DNA of 17,706 nucleotides, from NCBI RefSeq assembly GCF_006345805.1, contig NW_021824722.1, positions 1-17,706 on the forward strand. Reading direction: 5' to 3'. This document shows positions 1 to 8,591 of the stretch, piece after piece. The notes beneath the pieces are model-generated. The model searched no databases and was not told where the DNA came from. It saw only the letters and a list, made by a program, of their open reading frames with translations. Position numbers and translations under genes: made by a program. The stretch is from Octopus sinensis (taxonomy: Eukaryota). Position 1 is the first letter of the stretch. Each line of letters opens with the position of its first letter.

Positions 1-116
1 TCGGGGTCGATTATATAGTACCAGTTACGCACTGGAGTCGATGTAATCGACTTAATCCCTTTGTCTGTCCTTGTTTGTCCCCTCTGTGTGTAGTCCCTTG
101 GGGGTAGTAAGGAAAC
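1..116 (+). mobile_element. SINE family B, 3' portion (cut by the window edge)
   Basis: Matches the reverse complement of the full copy at 16139-16367 (ggggtcgat..agtaccagt..cactggggtcgatgtaatcgacttaatcc..ttgtctgtccttgtttgtcccctct) and is followed by an A-rich tail. Confidence 0.85.
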
Positions 117-136
117 AACAACAAAAAAAAAACATG

Positions 137-205
137 ACCGCCATCGCAGCCGCCGCTACCATCACCACCCCGCCACCACCACCACCACCCCCGCCACCAC
201 ACCAC
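137..205. repeat. (ACC/GCC)n low-complexity tract
   Basis: Imperfect ACC/GCC trinucleotide run; it accounts for the poly-Pro and poly-Trp ORF-track translations. Confidence 0.8.
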
Positions 206-404
206 CTCCTTACTACAACTACTGCTCAGCTATGCCGTCCCCGTTGTTTACCCAACAGACTCCCGGCTAATCTCTGTCGATATTTAGCAACAACGCACCT
301 GGTGACGTCACACTTAGTGAACTGCGTTGGATCACATTCGGACGTCTTGCAGGAGGCGGAGGAAAAGGAGAAAGTGGAATAGGCGTGTGTGTATGTGTGT
401 GTGC

Positions 405-436
<32 letters not shown>

Positions 437-475
437 TTGTGTGAGTATTTAAATACGTCCCCACTACATATTCCG

Positions 476-684
476 TTATTCTTTTATTCTTTTACTTGTT
501 TCAGTCATTTGACTGCGGCCACACTGGAGCACCGCCTTTTCAGTCGAACAATTCGACCCCAGGGCTTATTATTTGTATTACTTATTACTTATTGTATTAC
601 TTATTGTATTACTTATTACTTATTCGATCGGTCTGTTTTGCCGAACCACTAAATTACGGGGACGTAAACACACCAACATCGTAA

Positions 685-747
<63 letters not shown>

Positions 748-890
748 ACGGGCAACCAAATCCGCTCACAAGGCTTTGGTCGGCCCGAGACTATAGAAGA
801 AGAGACTTGCACAAGGTGCCACAGGTTGGGACTGAACCCAGAACCATGTGGTTGGGAAGCAAGCTTCTTACCCACAGCCACTCCTGCCCC
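476..890 (-). mobile_element. SINE family A: tRNA-like head + CORE-like domain + internal microsatellite + 3' domain with (GAATAAAA)-type tail
   Basis: The minus strand begins GGCAGGAGTGGCTGTGGGTAAGAAGCTTG..GGGTTCAGTCCC (A/B box-like), then CACCTTGTGCAAGT (CORE-like), an (AT)/(ATAC) tract at 686-745, a 3' domain at 476-685 shared with 7541-7671 and 17400-17490, and a tandem tail at 476-495. Confidence 0.85.
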
Positions 891-893
891 ACT

Positions 894-1220
894 ACATATA
901 TATAATCTAGGTTGTATATATGTTGATTCACATATCTATGGATGTAAATATATGTGTGTATATATATATGTGTATATATATATGTATATATATATATATA
1001 TATATATACATACACACACACATATATATATACACACGCACACACATATATATATGTATATTTCTGTATATATGTATATATGTATATATGTATTGATTGA
1101 TAGATAAATAGATAAATGCGTATAATTATATATACATATATACACACATATATATGTACATGTGATATACATATATATGTGTGTTTGTGTGTGTATACAC
1201 ATAAAAAATATATGCATACA

Positions 1221-1253
<33 letters not shown>

Positions 1254-1310
1254 GTATGTATGAATGGATGGATGGATGGATGTATGTATGTATGTATGCA
1301 TGTACATAGT
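894..1310. repeat. compound (TA)n/(CA)n/(TG)n/(GGAT)n microsatellite
   Basis: Read directly from the sequence. Confidence 0.95.
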
Positions 1311-1903
1311 TAAGGGTGTGTATGTGTAAGGTGTCTGCGGTGATTAGAGTTTGATGGAACGACGTACGGGTAGGTGGAACGACAGAAGGTGCAACGAGAA
1401 TGGCTGATGTGGTGTATAGGGTGCAGAGGTGGGGGTTCGTGCGTAGGAGGGGCGGTTATGTAAACACGTCATCGGTTAGTTAGACAGACCAGAAATTAGC
1501 ATGTAAGTAAACAACAGATCATGTCAAAAAACTGTGAATAAGGGGCCTCAATCGGACAGGTGTAGCAAGGCCTAACGAGATACATTCGTTGCCGGATAGG
1601 GAGACATGGAACGTGGGTGTGGGTGCGTGTATGTGTATATGAGATGAGGTGAGGTGGAGTTCCTATCGGCGCACACAAACGTACACACATATAGATATGT
1701 ATATAATTATAACACTTACATAGATATTTATATACGAAAAAGACAAAACAGACACATACACACACGCACACACACACACAGCAAATATTTTAAGAAGCAG
1801 TTTATCATAATCGCAGATAATTATATCATTATATGTAACTGTTAATTGATATCGAAAATAGTTCGTCCCAAACTGCTCAAAATGAGTCTTCATGCATACA
1901 TAC

Positions 1904-2168
<265 letters not shown>

Positions 2169-2688
2169 ATGTTTCTTTATTAGCCACACAGGGTGCACAC
2201 AGATAGAACAAATTACAGGTAGAGCTTTTCTTTTGGGGGGTAAAAAAAAAGGGAGTGGTGGTTTTCGATCAAAAGGGATCGTAAAAAGAAAGAAAGAGAC
2301 AAAAAAAAGGGAGGGGTTAATAAAAATAAAAAAAAAAGGTGGGGGAGAGCAAAAAAAATTGATCAATAGGGATCGTTATCACAGAAATGTCAATATGAAG
2401 TGTAAAGGGGGGAGAACAGGTGAGGTTTACCGTGGAAAGAAAAGCCTACGGAAAAGACCACGGTAACCTCGGTCAATGAAGTCACATGTTATATTTCTTT
2501 TTTTTTTGCAAATAAGCAACTCTCTGTATTAATTTTTACGGTTCATAGAATCATAGTCAAGGTGGCTTCGTCATTCATACGTGCCATCCTTGCTACATTC
2601 ACCAAATTTTTTTAAAACATTCACTAGACAAAACTTGCCTCTCTACTCTCACTTTCCTCTTCAAGTGATACTTGAAGAAGTTGATGAG

Positions 2689-2692
<4 letters not shown>
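2169..2692 (-). mobile_element. Tx1/L1-clade LINE 3' end, copy 1 (5'-truncated)
   Basis: The minus strand encodes an ORF2 C-terminus (LINFFKYHLKRKVRVERQVLSSECF..ARMARMNDEATLTMIL, stop 2543-2545). A 3' UTR follows, with AATAAA at 2176-2181 and a (TATC)n tail. Homologous to 2777-3057 and 3136-3720. Confidence 0.8.
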
Positions 2693-2776
<84 letters not shown>

Positions 2777-2777
<1 letters not shown>

Positions 2778-3057
2778 TGTTTCTTTATTAGCCACACAGG
2801 GCTGCACACAGACGGGACAGATTACAAAGTGGAGCTTTTCTTTTTTGGGGAAAAAAAGTGGGGTAGGTTTTCGATCAAAAAGGATCGTAAAAGGGAAAGA
2901 AGAAAAAAAAAGAAAAAAGAAAAGAAACAAAAGAAAAAAACGATCAATAGGGATCGTGTAGCACAGTGTCATGATGTAAGGTGTAAAGGGGGAAGCAGAT
3001 AAGGTTTATCCGTAGGAAGAAAAGTCTACGGAAAAGACCACGGTAACCTCGATCAAT
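2777..3057 (-). mobile_element. Tx1/L1-clade LINE 3' end, copy 2 (3' UTR only)
   Basis: Same terminus (ggctaataaagaaacat + (ATCT)n), AATAAA at 2784-2789, and shared motifs gatcaaaa(g/a)ggatcgt, gatcaatagggatcgt and cggaaaagaccacggtaacctc. Confidence 0.8.
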
Positions 3058-3059
3058 TT

Positions 3060-3135
<76 letters not shown>

Positions 3136-3136
<1 letters not shown>

Positions 3137-3720
3137 TTCTTTACAGGCCACACAGGGGGAAGAAGAGACGGAAATTAAGGGTCGGATTCCGATCAAAAGG
3201 GATCGTGAAAAAAAAAGAAAAGTGGGGACGATCAATAGGGATCGTGTATCCAAGAAATGTCAATATAAAAATGGAAAACAGTTTAGGTTTGTCCGTGGAT
3301 AGAAAAGCCTACGGAAAAGACCACGGGAACCTTGGGCAATAGTATCATGCAAAAATAAAACACAATACAGTAAGTAGTTCTCTTTTTTCTTTTCATTTTC
3401 TTAACTTTTGGTTCATAGGATTATGCTCAAGCTGGCTCCGTCATTCACACGCGCCATCCTTGCTACATTCACCCATCTTTTTTTGAAACATTCACTAGAC
3501 AAAACTTCCCTCTCTACTCTCACCTTCCTCTTCAAGTGATACTTAAAGAAGTTGATGAGAGATTCACCAGAGAGGAAAGTGTTTGTCTCTAGACCTTTCA
3601 GACGCGTTCACCATACACATTCTTTCGCCATAGCCACAAGTACGATGAAAATGGCTCTTCCTTCCCGTTCCAAGGAAGGAGGCACAACAATATTGATAAA
3701 CCAACTCGTCCTAAGATGAA
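3136..3720 (-). mobile_element. Tx1/L1-clade LINE 3' end, copy 3 (5'-truncated ORF2 C-terminus + 3' UTR)
   Basis: Minus-strand translation INIVVPPSLEREGRAIFIVLVAMAKECVW*TRLKGLETNTFLSGESLINFFKYHLKRKVRVEREVLSSECFKKRWVNVARMARVNDGASLSIIL* (terminal stop 3413-3415) resembles the AK-x-x-x-W/Y..R..RVE..F..RW pattern I recall for Tx1 ORF2 C-termini. Confidence 0.8.
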
Positions 3721-3995
3721 TTGATAGAGAGATAGATAGGTGGATGGATGGATGGATGGATGGAGAGATGGATACATACATACACGCATACATACATGCA
3801 TGCATGCATACATACATACATCATACATACATACATACATACATACATACATACATACATAACAGATTATCATAATAACTGGGATTATGAAAATATGCAA
3901 AATCTCCTTAAGAATTAAAGGATTATGAATAAAACAAGATGTCTTCCTTCACAACCTTTTCCCTGAATCAGGTTGCCGGTGAAAATTCACTGAAA

Positions 3996-5716
3996 ATTAA
4001 AAATGGAAGAACGTACATGCATGCATATAATATCGCAAAATCACATTCCAAGGAGACAGCCTCTCTGTGATGTTGATTATACTTTCTGTAAACCCCTTGT
4101 CATTCATGTTAAGGAAGTCTGAAGGTTCACAAGGAATCAGAAATACGAAAATTACACACTGTTTCTTTGTGGATGACTTAAAACTTAATGCAAAGAATAT
4201 GCATAAGATGAAAAAGAGCCTTGACCTAGTTACAATATTTTCAAAGGATGTAGGGTTGGAGTTTGGTCAGGATAAATGTTGTTATATGGTTGTGAAAAGG
4301 GGGAAAACTATAAACCAGACTAGTAACATCTCCATCAATGATTTGACTGTTTCCTCTATGTCTAGAGGTGGATGAAAATATATCTTAGAGTGGTACCTGT
4401 AACAAAACACGTGTCACTGAAGAATATTATAGCCGAATAAAGAAAATTTGGACCTCAGAACTCTCTGCATTCAATAAAACAGTGGCCCACAATGTGTTTG
4501 CAGTGCCAGTACTCATACCAACATTTGGGTTGCTTTATTGGATGCTTGATGAGATACGAGCCATCGATGTGAAAACCCCAAACATACTAACAAGCACACG
4601 TAATTTCCACATAAACAGTGATGTAGAACGCCTCTACCTAAAGCAAAAACAAGGCAGCAGAGGCTTGATATCGATCCAAAATGCCTTTGAATATCGCATC
4701 ATATCCCTTTGGCAACATCTTTTAACCACTAAGCGTCGAAGTGCATCCCTTGACCCAGTTTGCATACATGAGGCTGATTACAAGACTTGGAAGGCAGCTC
4801 CTTGAGCAACATTCTTTGTCTGATAACCTAGAATACATGCCCAAAGAAGTTGCACGACTCTACCGCAACGTATCATCAGGTGAAAGGATGAGCCTATATG
4901 AGCAGAAGACTATGCAAGGACATGCTAGTAGAAACCTCCGAGATGATAGTAACATTGGTCATCAAAGCAGTTTATCATGAACCAATACCCGGATTATTAA
5001 CTCCCTTTTTGAAGAATATGCGTTTGCAATCCAGGAGCGGGAAATATCAACCAAGTACCTGAAGCACAAAAGGGATAGAGATGCAGGTAAAACCGTAAAG
5101 TGTGACAACCGATGCAGACTTTGTGGAGTTCACACTGAAGATATCACCCACATCATAAGCAGTTGTCCGAAAATGTCATCACGGTATTATCTATCGATGA
5201 GACGTTATGTTGTAGCTAAGACACTCTATAATGAAATCCCGAGGACAAAGAAATAAAAACCCACAATATGGTAGAAGCAATAAAAAGAAATTGTGGACTG
5301 CACTAGTGAAGACCTCAATAAAATGGAAGCACAACAGACCTGATATAGTGATTTGGGATAGAGAAGAGAAACTGGACACAGTTGTAGAAATTAGCTGCCC
5401 AGCGGATGTTAACATAAGGCTGAAGATCAGTGAACAAGAGAACGCCTATGCTGAACTATTGAGAAATCTGCAGTTACTCTATCTAGATTACAAGTTCAGG
5501 TTTATACCTGTAATTATTGGGGTCTTGGTATATGTAACCCACGGCCTAAATACTAATCTTGAGAAATTAGGCTTCTCAAAACCAGAAAGGAGAAAGCTAA
5601 TTCGAAGACTACAGATCCAATCCATCACTGGAACTGCAAATTTCTGTAAAACTTTCCATACGCTTATAATTTAAATATATATGAGCATGTCTAGATATGC
5701 AGCTATATGCATGCGC
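3996..5716 (+). mobile_element. R4/Dong-clade non-LTR retrotransposon (RT, CCHC knuckle, restriction-like endonuclease), 5'-truncated and degenerate
   Basis: RT motifs FQGDSLS (4046-4066), FVDDLKL and FGQDKC; R4-type AHNVFAVPVLIPTFG and RLYL..KQGSRGL; CRLC-x8-HIISSC knuckle (5113-5166); RLE motifs RPDIVIWD..VEISCP..K and IPVIIG; stop at 5674, then a short UTR and (ATAC)n. Several frameshifts and stops; the YLG motif is deleted. The 5' limit is uncertain and may extend to ~3861. Confidence 0.85.
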
Positions 5717-5745
5717 ATACATACATACATACATACATACATACA

Positions 5746-5779
<34 letters not shown>

Positions 5780-5785
5780 CATACA

Positions 5786-6040
5786 TGGTGATTGCTCCAT
5801 CTTCACAAATGGTCGCCATCTCCTTGACCTCTCAGATGATTGCTCGGTCCCACTGCAGAACTGCATTGTTTGAAGCAAAAGTGACAGACGAAAGGGGTAA
5901 CTTACTCTACATTTCTAACTGGTCAGGTCTGCACACGTCGCTTCTCTTCCATCGCCATAATACTTTTGCTAGATGGACTGACAAATGAAATCAGCATAAA
6001 GACCATTGGATTACAACACGAGTGCCGCTTCCTGAGTGTC
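5786..6040 (-). mobile_element. probable RTE-clade LINE 3' end, old and degenerate
   Basis: The minus strand gives EEKRRVQT*..PFVCHFCFKQCSSAVGPSNHLR (5830-5886 motif), resembling the RTE C-terminal C2H2-like motif that is clearer at 14476-14526. It ends in a (TATG)n tract and may extend to ~6310. Confidence 0.5.
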
Positions 6041-6321
6041 CGTGATTAGTACCCAGTGATAGGCCGAAACGAAATTACCAATATTCATATGACACCGCAA
6101 GTTTTACATCAGAGTGACCCTCTCCTAGAAGGATGCAGTGATAACCGATAGGGATCACTCACTCTTTGTAGTTTTACTGTGCGCTTTGACACCAAACTGC
6201 GCCCTTTGACACCAAACAAGGGTATTTTTGCATCCCTGCACCCAGATGGATTGTCATTATGCTTTATAGTTGATCGAAAACTGGGACCCTGTCAGGGGCT
6301 ACTACATAAGGTCAGAGTAGA

Positions 6322-6762
6322 TATATACATACATACGTACATACATACACTCACATAAATACACACACATATATATATTTAAAGAAATTTGTTGTGTAAG
6401 GCCGGAACAATACCAGAAGGTACAAAACAAACAATGAAAGGAAAAGGGCAACAAAACAAGACAAAGTTCCAGTTTTACCTTGTGTGTATGTGTGTGTATG
6501 TGTGTATGTGTGTGTGTGTGTGCGTATGTGTGTGTATGCTGCGCACGCGTGTGTGATTGTGTGTGTATGTGTGTGCGCACGAGACAGTATGTCTGCTTGT
6601 GTGTATGTATGTGTGAGTGTGCGCATGCATATGTATGTGTGTGTGTGTGTACGCATGTGCGCGCATATGTGTGTGTATGTTTGTGTCTGTGCGCGCGCTT
6701 GTGTGAGTGTGTACGTGTATGTGTGTGGGCGCGTGTGTTTGTGCGTATGTGTATGTGTATTC
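6322..6762. repeat. (CATA)n and (TG)n-rich compound microsatellites with a short AT-rich spacer
   Basis: Read directly from the sequence. Confidence 0.85.
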
Positions 6763-6988
6763 CATGTACTATGGAGGCACTGCTAATTATATTTGTGGAT
6801 AATTATGCCATTATAACCAACCGTTTATGGCTATCAAAATTAATTTGCTCTGAACTCTTGTAGCCTTTATGTTATCAGCCGGTTATCATGGAAAATCCTT
6901 TGATCTAACCAGGGGTCACATGTGTATGTATATGTGTTTATCTCTGCCACAGAGATAAACATATATATTTACACACAGTTACACAGAG

Positions 6989-7442
6989 AGGCTCGGGAGT
7001 AGCTGTGTGCTAAGAAGCTTGGTTACCAGCCACATGGTTCTGGGTTCGGTCCCACTGTGTTGCACCTTGGGCAAGTGTTTTCTACTATAGTCTTGGGCCG
7101 ACCAAAGCCTTGTGAGTGAATTTGGTAGAGGGAACTGAAATAAGCCCGTCGTGACCGACCAGACCATCAGATTTTGCTACACATCGCTGGTCACAATGCG
7201 TTCGCATTGTTTTAGCCTTCGAATGACGCCACCCCGCTGGCTAAGCGAGCAGGCCAACTGAAGAAAGAGTGAGAGAAAGAGTGGTGAAAGAGTACAGCAG
7301 GGGTCACCACCCCCTGCCGGAGCTTCGTGGAGCTTTTAGATGTTTTCACTCAATAAACACTCACAACACCCGGTCTGGGAATCGAAACCGCGATCCTACG
7401 ACCGAGAGTCCGCTGCCCTAATGACTAGGCCATTGCGCCTCC

Positions 7443-7525
<83 letters not shown>

Positions 7526-7671
7526 TGTTTGTGTGTCTATGCTTGTCATCTCAATATCGCTTGACAACCGATGTAATGTGTTTACATCCCCGTAACTTAG
7601 CGGTTCAGCAAAAGTGACTGATAGAATAAGTACTAGGCTTACAAAGAATAAGTCCCGGAGTCGATTTGTTC
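6989..7671 (+). mobile_element. SINE family A copy, interrupted by a nested family C SINE and 3'-truncated
   Basis: Head and CORE at 6989-7152 (GGGAGTAGCTGTGTGCTAAG..GGGTTCGGTCCC..CACCTTGGGCAAGTG), microsatellite at 7443-7540, and 3' domain at 7541-7671 matching the reverse complement of 555-685. Confidence 0.8.
7153..7442 (-). mobile_element. SINE family C (tRNA-derived), apparently full length
   Basis: The minus strand starts GGAGGCGCAATGGCCTAGTCATTAGGGCAGCGGACTCTCGGTCGTAGGATCGCGGTTTCGATTCCCAG, with A box-like TGGCCTAGT and B box-like GGTTTCGATTCC, followed by a body unrelated to families A and B. Confidence 0.75.
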
Positions 7672-7741
7672 CTGTACCTGTGTGTGTATGTATATATGTA
7701 CATATATGTATATATATATACATGCATACACATACATGCAT

Positions 7742-7884
7742 ACGACGGGATTCTTTCAGTTTCCGTCTACGAAACCCATTCACAAGTCTCTGGTCAGCCC
7801 AAAACTATATCAGAAGACATATATGCTCAAAGTGCCATGCTGTGGGACTGAACTTGGAACCATGTGGTTGGAAAGCAAACTTCT
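7742..7884 (-). mobile_element. SINE family A head/CORE fragment, diverged
   Basis: Reverse-complement match to 7014-7152. Confidence 0.75.
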
Positions 7885-8277
7885 AATTGTGTACATATTT
7901 TAGGACACCCAGCAAATGACTGTAGGGTGTCTGTGTAGATAAGCAGAAGTATACATTTTTTACGAATTAACTTATTCAAAACCATCCCGTTTCTACTAAT
8001 AGACTTAGTGAACTGTGCTTAGGAAAGCAATATGCATTAGGTGCAGCGGTATTTCATTGTTAGTGCAAGCACTGCTATTGTGCAGTGGAGACATAAAACA
8101 TTGCCAAATAACGAATGATCTCATTCGTTTTGCTCTCACAATTTGTCAGCCAAAACTAGTTTATACAGCTGCACCGCTGTGATTCTGGAAATATTATGAA
8201 TAGCTGAAATAACGAAATAATGACACCGTGTATGTATTTCTTTGAAAGGGTCCGACATTTTAGAATACAAGCATATA

Positions 8278-8349
8278 CCCACCTACCTACCTACCTACCT
8301 ACCTACCTATACCTATTACCTACCTGCCTACTTATGCATATATATATAG

Positions 8350-8399
<50 letters not shown>

Positions 8400-8547
8400 T
8401 ATATATGTATATATATATGTATGTATTATATATGTATATATAAATGTATATATATATATATATATAATATATATATATATATATAATATATATTCATATC
8501 TGTATATAAATATGTATCTCTCTCTCTCTCTCTATAATATATATATA

Positions 8548-8590
<43 letters not shown>
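8278..8590. repeat. (CCTA)n then long (TA)n microsatellite
   Basis: Read directly; it flanks the 3' end of the PLE. Confidence 0.95.

Positions 8591-8591
<1 letters not shown>

Noticed and set aside
312-324. 13-bp exact match ACTTAGTGAACTG to 8003-8015
   Set aside because: A few 13-mer matches are expected by chance in 17.7 kb.
71-382. 103-aa ORF with poly-Pro
   Set aside because: It starts inside a SINE, runs through an ACC repeat and has no recognisable domain.
791-1313. Many YI/HT/CV/YLSI-rich ORFs here and elsewhere (e.g. 1890-2366, 6302-6863, 8350-8616, 15055-15303)
   Set aside because: These are translations of microsatellites.
2169-3720. Repeat-spacer appearance suggesting a CRISPR-like array
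   Set aside because: The units are homologous LINE 3' ends separated by microsatellites, in a eukaryotic context.
4850-4880. Minus-strand CTGATGA-TAC..GTA-GAG in the R4 element, and other isolated CTGANGA hits (4416, 5135, 5421, 7258, 11992, 15048, 16500)
   Set aside because: No GAAA with supporting stems I-III.
6179-6217. ~19-bp tandem duplication (tgcgc..tttgacaccaaac x2)
   Set aside because: An ordinary local slippage duplication with no further structure.
7153-7442. tRNA gene calls for SINE heads (also 16290-16367 and 830-890)
   Set aside because: A/B box-like motifs are present but there is no complete cloverleaf, and they continue into SINE bodies.
7900-8270. Possible host exon after ctactaatag (8002)
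   Set aside because: No open frame with recognisable content, and the splice signals are too weak to support a call.
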